Source: Candidatus Multivoradales bacterium (GTDB lineage: Bacteria; Acidobacteriota; Thermoanaerobaculia; Multivoradales; Multivoraceae). From it: a stretch of 64,000 nt of DNA. The position numbers and the translations under genes were made by a program. Of the stretch, positions 49,563 to 59,630 are shown piece by piece (position 1 is the stretch's first letter; the number at the start of each line of letters is the position of its first letter). The stretch is from positions 4,352,001 through 4,416,000 of the forward strand of contig CBDCWI010000002.1 of the NCBI GenBank assembly GCA_965223325.1, written 5' to 3'. The notes beneath the pieces were generated by a model. That model worked only from the letters and a program-made list of their open reading frames with translations, made no database searches and was not told the DNA's origin.

Positions 49563-50017
49563 GGCGTACCTCGGACCGCTGGCATCTCCGAGACCGCAGC
49601 GTGACTAAGATCGCCGTCTAGCACGGCCTCGATCTTCTCAACGAAGGCTACGAGATAGGTGACTTCGACGGGTTCGGTGATTCGCATCCCGCGAGTCTCG
49701 AAGCGAGCGTTCAACGATTCGGGTGGGATGCTGTCACCTAATGAGTGTAGCCAGGACACGTAGCCCGTGAGGAACTCGCGGAAGCAGTTGCGCTCCGTGT
49801 CGCTGAGAAGGTGACCGCTGAGGTCGATATCGCTACACCCGTTGCCATGGGCGACACGATGCTCCTGCCAGTACGACGACCACTCTACGAGCCATCGCTC
49901 CTGAGCGAACTTGGCGTCTTGGGCCAAGAACTCCGGAGCTAGATGCATGAACAGGATCTGCTCCCAGTCGTGTGCGTGAGCCCAGCACTTGCCGTAGTCG
50001 ATCGACGACCAGCTCAC
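49535..50017 (-). CDS. Hypothetical protein (cassette 1)
   Basis: GTG start with GAGG RBS; stop codon inside the attC. Confidence 0.65.
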   Translation of the reverse strand: MSWSSIDYGKCWAHAHDWEQILFMHLAPEFLAQDAKFAQERWLVEWSSYWQEHRVAHGNGCSDIDLSGHLLSDTERNCFREFLTGYVSWLHSLGDSIPPESLNARFETRGMRITEPVEVTYLVAFVEKIEAVLDGDLSHAAVSEMPAVRGTPPNNWVEQT

Positions 50018-50070
50018 GACGACCTCGCGTCGAGCAAAGCGGATGAGTGCACGGACTTTCGCATCAAGCC

Positions 50071-50135
50071 CTCCAACAGTGTTATTCAATGGACCACAAA
50101 CAGCGAACACCGCTGCTCTCGTCCACACAATTGTA
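50071..50135 (-). promoter_or_regulatory. attI-like site plus a candidate Pc -10 box
   Basis: CCATTGAATAACACTG|TTGGAG crossover nearly complements the R'' of cassette 1 and has no attC hairpin; TACAAT at 50135-50130. Confidence 0.45.
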
Positions 50136-50595
50136 CCGCTGGCGTCTGGCGACGATCGCTCGGAAAGCCGGGCGGCATTGCACTTCGGGTCCTGGGTTCG
50201 AGATTCCGGCGGTTGGAAAGGCGGACCATCTCGTCGGCCTTTGCTGATCGGAGGTCTGAAAGGTGGAACCCTGACGCGGGGGAGTCCGAGCGCGTCCCCG
50301 TGCAGGCCACGGTGTTCTGGGCGTTCGTTGATTGGGTGGCCGGCAGAATGTGGAGCATGGGCTCCACATAACCCGACCCGGACTGCGCGGGGATCGGACG
50401 TAGAGGCTCCGTAATGGAGACCGCCGCGACTGAGGCCTAACGGCCCGGATGCGCCCGCCCGCTTCTCCGTGACGGGTGCGCACGCTCAGGGGCTCGGGAG
50501 CGCCGCGCGATCTACCGCTGAGCGCACACTGACTCGGGCGAACGCCTCATTCGAGTCCCTGCGCCGCGCCCGGGCAAGGTCCTCTCGCCTCTGAG

Positions 50596-51159
50596 CTACT
50601 TCGAGAGGGCGATGACCTTCTCTTCGAGTGCGTGATAGAGCAGACGGCCGTTCACCACCTCATCGATCTTGCCGTCACGACCAAAGAAGATCGTCGTGGG
50701 GAGAGCGCCCAGCCACTCGGGCTCGAAGGCGCCGATGAAGTCGGACGAGTCTTCGGTGGAGAGGTATGAGGTGAGGTCGGGCGCCTTCTCGGCGAAGAAC
50801 GGCTGCACGCGCTTCTCGAGCAGGTCGGGCTCGTCGACCGATACCGCCAGTACGACGACGCCTTTCTCGGCGTAGCGGGTTTGGAGAAGGTTGAACTCGG
50901 GCAGTTCTTGGATGCAGGGGATGCACCAGGTCGCCCAGAAGTTGACAACGACGACCTTGCCCTTGTGGTGTTCGAGGACGCGTTTGAAGTCGGCGGAGCT
51001 GATGGCTGCCACCTTCTCGGGCGCTAGCAGTTCCGGCGGGAGGGGCGCGCCGTCATCGGCGGCGGTTGGCCCGGCGATTGTGAAGAGGAGTGCGAGGGCG
51101 AGTAGGGGGAAGAGCCGGCCAGCACGGATCGCTGGAGACGTTCGAGTTCGATGATGCAT
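50596..51159 (-). CDS. TlpA family thiol-disulfide oxidoreductase
   Basis: VNFWATWCIPC and LPTT; signal peptide. Confidence 0.92.
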   Translation of the reverse strand: MHHRTRTSPAIRAGRLFPLLALALLFTIAGPTAADDGAPLPPELLAPEKVAAISSADFKRVLEHHKGKVVVVNFWATWCIPCIQELPEFNLLQTRYAEKGVVVLAVSVDEPDLLEKRVQPFFAEKAPDLTSYLSTEDSSDFIGAFEPEWLGALPTTIFFGRDGKIDEVVNGRLLYHALEEKVIALSK

Positions 51160-51356
51160 TGGAGTCAGAGGCCCTTTCGGAAGGCGGCGCTTGGGTGAGT
51201 GAGATTCGGGTGCGGTGAGCGTCGAGTCGGCCGCTTTCTCGCGGGCGCGAGTGGTGCTCCCGAGGCAGAATAACCGAGCGCCGCCGCGAGATCTTCCGAC
51301 CGTCGAGACTGCCCGCCGGGGCCGCGCTTCGGAGTGCCGCCTCTGAAGTGCCTGAA

Positions 51357-51478
51357 ATTCGTCCCTGAATTGTGTTGATTCGTCCCAGCCAAGGCATGGA
51401 CGGTCCCCTGGCTGTTCGTCCCTCGGGGCGCGCTCCCTAGAATCTTCAGGCACGTCTTCCAGCCAGCGATTTCGTCCC
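51357..51478. promoter_or_regulatory. TTCGTCCC direct repeats, candidate LytTR operator
   Basis: ATTCGTCCC at 51357 and 51378 (21-bp period); variants at 51400, 51414 and 51471. Confidence 0.55.
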
Positions 51479-51573
51479 CCGTTGCCCAGCTTCCCGGCAT
51501 CTTCTCGCAATGTCAGTGAATCCTTGGCGGCAGGGACACGTACAAAGGGCGCAATATGAGCCCGGAGGAGTAG

Positions 51574-52344
51574 ATGATGGAATCCATTCGCACGGTAGTC
51601 GTCGACGACGAACCGCTCGCCCGAGACAAGATCGTTGGCTTTCTTTCCGAGGAACCCGACATCGAGGTCGTTGGCCAGGCCGACAACGGCCTCACCGCTG
51701 TCGATGTCATCCGCCAGCACCACCCCGACCTGGTCTTTCTCGACGTGCAAATGCCGGAGCTGAATGGCTTCGGGGTGCTCAAGGAAGTCGGTTCTGAGGA
51801 AGCTCCGGCGGTCATCTTCGTCACCGCCTTCGACCAGTACGCCCTCCAGGCGTTCGAAGTCCACGCTCTCGACTTTCTGCTCAAGCCGTTCGATCGGGCG
51901 CGCTTTCGTTCCGCCGTCGAACGGGCGCGCTCGCAGATTGTCGGCGACCGCTCGGGGAGCTTGCGCGCCAGGCTGTCGGCCCTACTCGAAGACCTGGAAG
52001 ACAAGAAGTACCTCGATCGCATGGTCGTCAAACGCTCGGGTCGGGTGTACTTCATCAAGGTCGACGACGTCGACTACATCGAGGCGGCCGCCAATTACGT
52101 TCGGCTACACACCGGTGACGACGGTCACACGGTCCGCGAAACGATGACCCGCCTCGAAGAGCGGCTCGACCCCGAAAAGTTCATGCGCATCCATCGCTCG
52201 ACGATTGTCAATATCGATCGCATCGAGGAACTGCGGCAGCTCTTTCACGGCGACTACGCCGTCGTTCTGCGCGGCGGTAAGAATCTGGCCGTCAGCCGTA
52301 GCTACCGAGACCGCATCAACACCCTTCTGGGGAAGCCCTCTTAG
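51574..52344 (+). CDS. LytTR family response regulator
   Basis: Motifs VDDEPLA, FLDVQMP, TAFD, LLKP and FMRIHRSTIVN. Confidence 0.96.
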   Translation: MMESIRTVVVDDEPLARDKIVGFLSEEPDIEVVGQADNGLTAVDVIRQHHPDLVFLDVQMPELNGFGVLKEVGSEEAPAVIFVTAFDQYALQAFEVHALDFLLKPFDRARFRSAVERARSQIVGDRSGSLRARLSALLEDLEDKKYLDRMVVKRSGRVYFIKVDDVDYIEAAANYVRLHTGDDGHTVRETMTRLEERLDPEKFMRIHRSTIVNIDRIEELRQLFHGDYAVVLRGGKNLAVSRSYRDRINTLLGKPS

Positions 52345-52459
52345 CAGCCTGCCGCGCGCGTCCCGCGCCGCTCTGCGCGGCCCCCCCCGGCCTGGCCATC
52401 GGTCTTCCCCAGGGTCGAGGTGCGCCGGCTGAGCCCGGTGGGCCATATACTTTCCGTCT

Positions 52460-53500
52460 ATGTCACTCCCTGTGATCGGTTTGCCGGTCGACCGTCTCGG
52501 CCGCGGGCTCGATGACCTGCGTATTTCGGTCATCGATCGCTGCAATTTTCGCTGCACGTTCTGCATGCCGGCGGGGCACAAGTACGAGTTCCTGCGCCGC
52601 GAGCAGCTGCTCTCGTTCGAGGAGATCGAACGACTCGCGAGGCTCTTTGCGAGCCTCGGCGTTCGCAAGCTGCGCCTGACCGGCGGCGAGCCGCTCCTGC
52701 GTTCGGAGCTCGACAAGCTGGTGGCCATGCTGGCCGCAGTACCCGGCATCGAAGACCTGGCCCTGACCACCAACGGCCGGTTGCTCGAGGAGAAGGCGAG
52801 CGCCCTGGCGGCGGCCGGCCTTCAACGCGTCACGGTGTCGCTCGAGTCGCTCGACGACGCCACCTTCGCCAAGATCAACGGCGTCGGGCAGACGGTCGCA
52901 CCGATACTCGAGGGAATCGAAGCGGCCGCTGGTGCCGGTCTCGGGCCGATCAAGATCAACACGGTGGTCATGCAAGGCGTCAATGACCACGAGGTCGCTG
53001 ACATCGCTGGCTACTTCAAGGAGCGCGGCCACACCGTGCGCTTCATCGAGTTCATGGATGTCGGGACGGTCAACGAGTGGGACCTCGCCCGGGTCGTTAG
53101 TGCCCAGGAGATCGCAGAACGCTTGGCCGCCAGGTGGCCCCTCGAAGAGCTTCCACGCGAGCGCCCAGGCGCCACTGCGCTCCGCTACCGCTACACCGAC
53201 GACGGCACCGAGGTCGGCATCGTCGCGTCGGTCACCCAGCCGTTCTGCGGCTCCTGCGCCCGCGCGCGTTTGACCTCGGAAGGCAAGCTGTACAGCTGTC
53301 TCTTCGCCACCGAAGGGCTCGATCTCCGCGCTCCTCTGCGGAAAGGGGCAAGCGATGGGGAGATCCTGGCGCTGGTCCGCGAACGCTGGGCCGCTCGTCA
53401 GGACCGCTACTCCGAGCAGCGCGCAGCGTTGCTCGAGGGTGCCGGCGGGCGCGTCGCCGCGCCGCCACAGCGGGTCGAGATGTTCAGGATCGGCGGCTGA
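52460..53500 (+). CDS. moaA: GTP 3',8-cyclase
   Basis: CNFRCTFC, CGSCARARL...C and C-terminal MFRIGG. Confidence 0.96.
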   Translation: MSLPVIGLPVDRLGRGLDDLRISVIDRCNFRCTFCMPAGHKYEFLRREQLLSFEEIERLARLFASLGVRKLRLTGGEPLLRSELDKLVAMLAAVPGIEDLALTTNGRLLEEKASALAAAGLQRVTVSLESLDDATFAKINGVGQTVAPILEGIEAAAGAGLGPIKINTVVMQGVNDHEVADIAGYFKERGHTVRFIEFMDVGTVNEWDLARVVSAQEIAERLAARWPLEELPRERPGATALRYRYTDDGTEVGIVASVTQPFCGSCARARLTSEGKLYSCLFATEGLDLRAPLRKGASDGEILALVRERWAARQDRYSEQRAALLEGAGGRVAAPPQRVEMFRIGG

Positions 53501-53556
53501 TCCGCCGGGGTTCCGGGCCAGGCGCTCGGGCCCCGTTCGTTCGATAGGGTCGCCCG

Positions 53557-55557
53557 ATGTACGCCGAGTCGAACTCCACCGCACCTCCGGCGGACCCCCC
53601 AGCAGACCCTGAAACGCTGGCTGGGCTCGACGAGAGCGTCGAACGCGCCCAGCAGTTTCTCCTCGCCCAGCAGCGGCGCGACGGTCACTGGTGCGCGCAA
53701 CTCGAAGGCGACAACATCCTCGAGTCGGAGTACGCACTGCTCCTCTACTTTCTCGGGCGTGGTGACGAAGTCAAGATGCGGCGCCTGTGTGCCCAGCTTC
53801 GCGAGGCGCAGCTCGGGACCGGTGGATGGGCGATCTACCACGGCGGTCCGCCGGATCCGAACCCATCGGTCAAGTCATACTTCGCGCTCAAGCTCGCCGG
53901 TGACGACCCCGAAGCAGCGCACATGAAGAAGGCGCGCGACGCGATTCGCGGTTGCGGAGGGGTCGAGGCTTGTAACTCGTTCACCAAGCTCTACCTGGCT
54001 GTCTTCGGTCAATACAGTTGGAACAAGGCACCGGCCGTGCCGCCCGAACTGATCCGGCTCCCGCTGTGGTTCCCGATCAACATCTGGGAGATGTCGTCGT
54101 GGTCGCGGGCGATCGTCGTTCCGCTCTCGATCGTGTGGGCGCTGAAACCGCACTGCCCGGTGCCTCCGGGTCGTGGCATCGATGAGCTGCATACTCACCA
54201 GCGCGCCGCGGAACCTCTGTACCTCCGCCGCAACCGTCGTGTGTCAACTGCGTTCTGGGCAGGCTTCTTCAGGGTCGCAGACCGAGTCGTCAAGGCGGTG
54301 GAAGCGCTCGGCCTGCTGCGACCTCTCCGGGCAGGTTCGATCGCTCGTTGCCGTTCGTTCATCGAGCCGCGACTCGAGAAGAGCGCCGGCCTCGGGGCGA
54401 TCTTCCCTTCGATCCTGAATGTCGTACTGGCGTATCGAGCGCTTGGCTTCGAGCTCGATCACCCGGTCATCGCCAGCCAACTCAAAGAGCTCGAAGAGCT
54501 CGAGGTCTCGAACGGAGATGCTCTCAAGGTGCAGCCCTGCTGCTCTCCGGTCTGGGATACGTCGCTCACCCTCGCTGCCCTCCTCGACAGCGGCTTGCCG
54601 GCCGACCACCCGTCGTTCGTTCACGCGACGCGCTGGCTCTTGCGGCGTGAGGTCACTGAGGCCGGCGATTGGCGGATGAAGAACCCCGATGGCTCGGTGG
54701 GGGGCTGGTATTTCGAATACGCCAACGAGTTCTACCCCGACTGTGACGACACGGCAGAGATCCTCGCGGTGCTCGCGCGGGTGCACATCGAAGATCCCGA
54801 GCTCGAGGAGCGAGTGCGTGCTGCCGTTCAGCGAGCGCTCGACTGGCAGCTCTCGATGCAGAACGACGATGGCGGCTGGGGAGCCTTCGACAAGAACTGC
54901 GACCGGCAGCTCTTGACCCTGATCCCTTTCGCCGATCACAACGCCATGATCGACCCGAGCACTGCCGACATCACCGCGCGCACGATCGAGGCCCTTCGCG
55001 CCCAGGCTCTGCCCGCCGATCATCCGGCGATCGAGCGTGCTCTCAGGTTTCTGCGCCGCGCGCAGGAAAGTGATGGCGCCTGGTACGGGAGATGGGGTGC
55101 GAACTACATCTACGGAACCTGGTTGGCGCTTTCAGCTTTGTCGGCGGTGGGGAAGCGGGCGTTTGGCCCGGGGGCTTCGGTCGCTGCCCATCGCGGCGTC
55201 GGCTGGCTGCGCGGCTGTCAGAACGACGACGGTGGCTGGGGCGAGAGCCTGGCCAGCTACGATCGCCCCGAGGAACGCGGAGTCGGCGAGTCGACGGCGA
55301 CCCAGACCGCCTGGGCGATCATGGGGCTGGTGGCCGCTGGAGCCGCCGAACCAGAGAGCGACGCCGCGGCATCGGCCGACGCCGTTCGAAGAGGAGTCGC
55401 GTACTTGCTGCAAACGCAAGCGGCTGATGGCTCCTGGTGCGATCTTCATTGGACCGGCACCGGTTTCCCTGGAGTGTTCTATCTTCGCTACCACGCCTAC
55501 TCACACTATTTTCCCTTGCAGGCGCTCTCGATCTACCGCCGACTCGCGCGCGAGTAG
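53557..55557 (+). CDS. shc: Squalene-hopene cyclase
   Basis: DCDDTA, QW repeats (QNDDGGW), SPVWDT and GTGFP. Confidence 0.96.
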   Translation: MYAESNSTAPPADPPADPETLAGLDESVERAQQFLLAQQRRDGHWCAQLEGDNILESEYALLLYFLGRGDEVKMRRLCAQLREAQLGTGGWAIYHGGPPDPNPSVKSYFALKLAGDDPEAAHMKKARDAIRGCGGVEACNSFTKLYLAVFGQYSWNKAPAVPPELIRLPLWFPINIWEMSSWSRAIVVPLSIVWALKPHCPVPPGRGIDELHTHQRAAEPLYLRRNRRVSTAFWAGFFRVADRVVKAVEALGLLRPLRAGSIARCRSFIEPRLEKSAGLGAIFPSILNVVLAYRALGFELDHPVIASQLKELEELEVSNGDALKVQPCCSPVWDTSLTLAALLDSGLPADHPSFVHATRWLLRREVTEAGDWRMKNPDGSVGGWYFEYANEFYPDCDDTAEILAVLARVHIEDPELEERVRAAVQRALDWQLSMQNDDGGWGAFDKNCDRQLLTLIPFADHNAMIDPSTADITARTIEALRAQALPADHPAIERALRFLRRAQESDGAWYGRWGANYIYGTWLALSALSAVGKRAFGPGASVAAHRGVGWLRGCQNDDGGWGESLASYDRPEERGVGESTATQTAWAIMGLVAAGAAEPESDAAASADAVRRGVAYLLQTQAADGSWCDLHWTGTGFPGVFYLRYHAYSHYFPLQALSIYRRLARE

Positions 55558-55606
55558 TCGAGTGGTTCAGCCACTGCCCTAGGTCCAGAAGACACAGGAG
55601 AGTTCG

Positions 55607-56608
55607 ATGCGTCTGCCGATGCACATCGCAACCGATCAGATCAAGAACCAGGTGCGCCAGCGCCTGCAGGGAAAGGAACGCTTTCCTTTTGTGTTGATGC
55701 TCGAGCCGCTCTACACCTGCAACCTCGCCTGTCTCGGCTGTTCGGTTGAGCGCCATACCGGCAAGCTGCGCGACCGCATGTCGCTAGAAGACTGTCTTGA
55801 AGCGGTCGATGTGAGCGGCGCTCCCACGGTGTCGATCTGCGGCGGCGAGCCCACCATCTACCCGGAGCTGCCGGAGTTGATCGCTGGCATCATCGAGCGC
55901 AACCGTCATATCTACCTGTGCACCAACGCGCTCCTTCTCGACACCAAGCTGTTCGGTGTGATTCCGCCGCACAAGCGGCTGACGGTCAATGTGCATCTGG
56001 ACGGCATGCGCGCCACCCACGATCTGGTCACGAACCGCGACGGTGTTTTCGACAAAGCGGTCGAGATGCTGGAGAAAGCGATCGCCCTCGGCTACCACAC
56101 GGCCATCAACATGACGATCTACCGCGAGACCTCAGTCGAAGAGGTCGAAGAGGTGTGCAACTTCGTTTCGAAGCTCGGGGTGCACAGCATTCTGATCTCG
56201 CCGGGCTACGAGTACGAGTCTGTCGGCCGTGACATCTTCTTGAAGCGTCGCGACACGGAAGTGAAGTTCGAGCGCATCCTCGAGATCGCCAAGCGCTACC
56301 GCCTGACGTCGACGCCAATGTTCTTGGAGTTCGCAGCCGGGCAGCGCGACTACGACTGTTCGCCCTGGAGCACAGTCACGCGCACTCCGCTCGGCTGGAA
56401 GGGGCCGTGCTATCTGATCGGCAAGAAGTTCTATGACACCTTCGAAGAGTTCTGGAACGAGACCGACTGGGAGTACTGGGAGTCGCGAGAAGACGACCTG
56501 TGCAAGAACTGCGCGATGCATTCGGGCTTCGAGGCCTCGGTGGTGCGAAACCTCCACAAGAGTCCTCGGGACATGATGAGGATTGCCGCCTGGCACATGT
56601 TCGGGTGA
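55607..56608 (+). CDS. hpnH: Adenosyl-hopene transferase (radical SAM)
   Basis: RFPFVLMLEPL, CNLACLGC and CKNCAMHSGFE; next to shc. Confidence 0.92.
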   Translation: MRLPMHIATDQIKNQVRQRLQGKERFPFVLMLEPLYTCNLACLGCSVERHTGKLRDRMSLEDCLEAVDVSGAPTVSICGGEPTIYPELPELIAGIIERNRHIYLCTNALLLDTKLFGVIPPHKRLTVNVHLDGMRATHDLVTNRDGVFDKAVEMLEKAIALGYHTAINMTIYRETSVEEVEEVCNFVSKLGVHSILISPGYEYESVGRDIFLKRRDTEVKFERILEIAKRYRLTSTPMFLEFAAGQRDYDCSPWSTVTRTPLGWKGPCYLIGKKFYDTFEEFWNETDWEYWESREDDLCKNCAMHSGFEASVVRNLHKSPRDMMRIAAWHMFG

Positions 56609-56621
56609 GCACCGTGGTGGC

Positions 56622-57638
56622 ATGACCGCACTGGTCACCGGCGGCACCGGGTTCGTGGGTGCACACATTGTGCGGGCGTTGCTCGCCGATGGGCAGGCGG
56701 TGCGCTGTCTGGTGCGTGCCGGGAGTGCGTGGGAGAACCTCGCGGGGCTCGACGTTGAGAAGTGTGAGGGCGATCTGGGTGATCTGGGTTCTCTCGCGCG
56801 CGCACTTTCAGATGTGCGGACTTTGTTTCACTGTGCCGCCGACTACCGTCTGTTCGCTCTTGATCCCACCGAGCTCTACCGCACCAACGTTCTGGGGACG
56901 CGCCAACTGCTCGAGTTGGCAGGGCGTCTGGGGGTCGAGCGGGTGGTCTACACGAGCTCTGTGGGTGCTCTCGCCGCGAGTGCCGATTCAGCGATCGCTA
57001 ACGAGGACACCCCGGTCGACCTGCACGACATGGTGGGTCACTACAAGCGCAGCAAGTACCTCGCCGCGCGAGTCGTCGACCATCTCGCGGCGCGCGGCCT
57101 GCCTGTGGTGACCGTTAGCCCCTCGACGCCAGTCGGTGCTCTCGACCGTCGCCCCACGCCGACCGGCCAGATTGTGGTCGACTTTTTGAATCGCCGCCTA
57201 CCGGCCTACGTCGACACCGGCCTGAACCTGGTCGATGTGCGCGATGTCGCGCGGGGTCATCTGCAGGCCGCCGAGCAGGGAACCGTTGGGCGCAACTACA
57301 TTCTCGGCTGCCTCAACCTGAGCCTGCGCGAGATGCTCGAGCGTCTTGGTCGAGTCACCGGCCTGCGGCCACCTCGAGTGCGCCTTCCGCACGTCCTCCC
57401 CATTGCCTTGGCCCGCTTCGATACCTGGCAGGCACAGAAGCGCGGCCTGAAGCCGCGAGTGAGTCTCGAGAGTGCCTTGATGGCCAAGAAGAAAATGTAC
57501 TTCGACTCAGAGCGGGCGATCTCTGAACTCGGCTTCAGGCAGACCCCGATCGACGATGCGCTCGAACAGGCCGCCACCTGGTATCGGCAGAACGGCTATG
57601 TCGAGCGTGGACCGCTTGCGCAGCGAGTTGCGCGATGA
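56622..57638 (+). CDS. hpnA: Hopanoid-associated NAD-dependent epimerase/dehydratase
   Basis: Motifs TGGTGFVG, AADYRL, YKRSK, PTPTG and DTGLN. Confidence 0.9.
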   Translation: MTALVTGGTGFVGAHIVRALLADGQAVRCLVRAGSAWENLAGLDVEKCEGDLGDLGSLARALSDVRTLFHCAADYRLFALDPTELYRTNVLGTRQLLELAGRLGVERVVYTSSVGALAASADSAIANEDTPVDLHDMVGHYKRSKYLAARVVDHLAARGLPVVTVSPSTPVGALDRRPTPTGQIVVDFLNRRLPAYVDTGLNLVDVRDVARGHLQAAEQGTVGRNYILGCLNLSLREMLERLGRVTGLRPPRVRLPHVLPIALARFDTWQAQKRGLKPRVSLESALMAKKKMYFDSERAISELGFRQTPIDDALEQAATWYRQNGYVERGPLAQRVAR

Positions 57639-58519
57639 CTGCGGAAGGAGAAGCCTGGGCGGAGGGAACGAGCGTCCTCCTGGGCGCCGTCCCGGAAGAG
57701 ATTGCCGGCCTGCGCGCCCTTCTGATCGAAGAGGATCGGCACGTTGGCCCGCGCGGGATGAAGCTTCGCCGGGGCACCATTCTCGGGCACCCCGTCGCCC
57801 TCCTCGCGACCGGAGAGGGAAGCCAGCGCGCGCATCGTGCCATGGAGTGGTTGGACGAAATCCTGCCCGAGGCTCCGATCCTGTTTCTCGGCGTGGCGGG
57901 AGGCCTCAGCGCGGCGCTCGCGCCGGGTGACCTGGTGGTCGGCGAGATGGCGCTCGAGTTTGGCGGAGATGCAACGTTTGAGAGTTTCGACCTCGCCAGT
58001 CGAGAGACCGCGGCCGCGCTTGGCCTTGGGGTCAGAAACCACGCGGCAGATGCGCTCGCTTCCGATTCCGGCCTGGCCGCTCCGGTCGGCCCGGCGGTTC
58101 TGGTGACTGTCGACTGGATCGTGACCGACTCGGTCGAGAAGACGCGCCTCTGGCAACGGGTCAGGAGATCCTTGGAGGAGACGGGAACCGAGGCTGGGGG
58201 CGAGCCCTACTGCACAGTCGACATGGAATCGGCCGCGGTCGCGCGTTGTGCGGCAGAGAGTAGCCGCCGGTTGCTCATCGTGCGTGCGGTCAGCGACTCC
58301 GCGGCCGAGAGTCTGCCGAGCTTTCTCAACCGCACGCGGCGCGCCGACGGCTCGATCAGCCGCTGGCGGGTTGCCGGCTACATGCTTTTGCTCTGGCCGT
58401 GGACCCTCTTTCGGGTACTGCACCTGCGGCAGCGCATGCGCCTTTGTTCGAGGCGGCTCACCGAGTTCGGTGTGTCCTGGCTTCAACATCGGGCGAAGTC
58501 CTCTCGCGGAGGCCTTTGA
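57635..58519 (+). CDS. hpnG: Nucleoside phosphorylase family protein, HpnG-like
   Basis: GVAGGL, VDMESAA and RAVSD; hopanoid gene context. Confidence 0.75.
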   Translation: MTAEGEAWAEGTSVLLGAVPEEIAGLRALLIEEDRHVGPRGMKLRRGTILGHPVALLATGEGSQRAHRAMEWLDEILPEAPILFLGVAGGLSAALAPGDLVVGEMALEFGGDATFESFDLASRETAAALGLGVRNHAADALASDSGLAAPVGPAVLVTVDWIVTDSVEKTRLWQRVRRSLEETGTEAGGEPYCTVDMESAAVARCAAESSRRLLIVRAVSDSAAESLPSFLNRTRRADGSISRWRVAGYMLLLWPWTLFRVLHLRQRMRLCSRRLTEFGVSWLQHRAKSSRGGL

Positions 58520-58598
58520 CCCCAGCTCGATTCGTGCCCTGGTCAGGGCCCTTTGGTGCCACGAGGAGGGCACCGGCGACTGTTAAGGTGCCAGGGCC

Positions 58599-59630
58599 AT
58601 GAACCCTGAAATCGCGGTCCGAGATCGCAAGGCCGAGCACATCGAACTGGCCCTGGATCCGCGCATGCAGGCCGAGGCCAACGCCTTTGCCCGCTATCGC
58701 TTCGAGCACAACGCTCTACCCGAACTCGACTTCGACGAGATCGATCTCGGCTGCACGATGTTCGGCCGTCAACTCACCGCGCCCCTGCTGATTTCGTGCA
58801 TGACGGGGGGGACCGAACAGGCCGCGGAGATCAACCGCAACCTGGCCGAGGCGGCGGAACGCGCGGGCGTCGCTCTGGGTGTCGGCTCACAACGCCTGGC
58901 GATCGAAGACGAAGCGCGCGTGGCGACGTTCGACGTGCGTGACATTGCCCCCTCCGTTCCGCTGATCGCCAACCTCGGTGCAGTGCAACTGAACTACGGC
59001 TACGGCCCGCAGGAGTGCCAGCGTGTGGTCGACATGATCAGCGCCGATGCGTTGGCACTTCATCTCAACCCGCTTCAAGAGGCCATCCAGCCCGAGGGTG
59101 ACCGCCGCTTTCGCGGGTTGCTGCACCAGATTGGCGACGTCGTCGAAGCGCTCGATGTGCCGGTGATCGTTAAAGAGGTCGGGTGCGGAATCTCTGCGGC
59201 GGTGGCACGTCGTCTGGCTCGAGTTGGTGTTACCTGGATCGATACCGCCGGCGTCGGTGGGACGAGCTGGGCTCGCATTGAAGCTGCGCGTGCTGCCGAT
59301 CGTGGGCTCGGCGAGACGTTTGCCCGGTGGGGGATTCCAACGCCCGAAGCAATACGGCAGGTGAGTGGGGTCGCGGGTGTCGGGGTTATCGGTAGCGGTG
59401 GCCTGCGTTCCGGTCTCGATGCCGCGATCGCGCTGGCGCTAGGAGCAGACTACGTCGGTCTTGCCTATCCTTTCCTCGGGCCGGCACAGCAGTCGGCGGC
59501 GGCGGTCGAAGAGGCGATCGAGCGACTGAAGGTGGAGCTTCGCATCGCGATGTTCTGTGTTGGTGCTCGTTCGCTGAGCCAGCTGCGAAGAGCGATTCTG
59601 TTTCACGATGGTGCTGAGGTTGCGAGATGA
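58599..59630 (+). CDS. fni: Type 2 isopentenyl-diphosphate isomerase
   Basis: Motifs RKAEHI, MTGG, GSQR, HLNPLQE, KEVG and GGTSW. Confidence 0.96.
   Translation: MNPEIAVRDRKAEHIELALDPRMQAEANAFARYRFEHNALPELDFDEIDLGCTMFGRQLTAPLLISCMTGGTEQAAEINRNLAEAAERAGVALGVGSQRLAIEDEARVATFDVRDIAPSVPLIANLGAVQLNYGYGPQECQRVVDMISADALALHLNPLQEAIQPEGDRRFRGLLHQIGDVVEALDVPVIVKEVGCGISAAVARRLARVGVTWIDTAGVGGTSWARIEAARAADRGLGETFARWGIPTPEAIRQVSGVAGVGVIGSGGLRSGLDAAIALALGADYVGLAYPFLGPAQQSAAAVEEAIERLKVELRIAMFCVGARSLSQLRRAILFHDGAEVAR

Noticed and set aside
50140-50590. Integron integrase or its remnant; extra attC near 50434-50490
   Set aside because: No tyrosine-recombinase motifs in the ORFs; only a right half-site (CCGTTAGGC) with no AAC-containing R'' box
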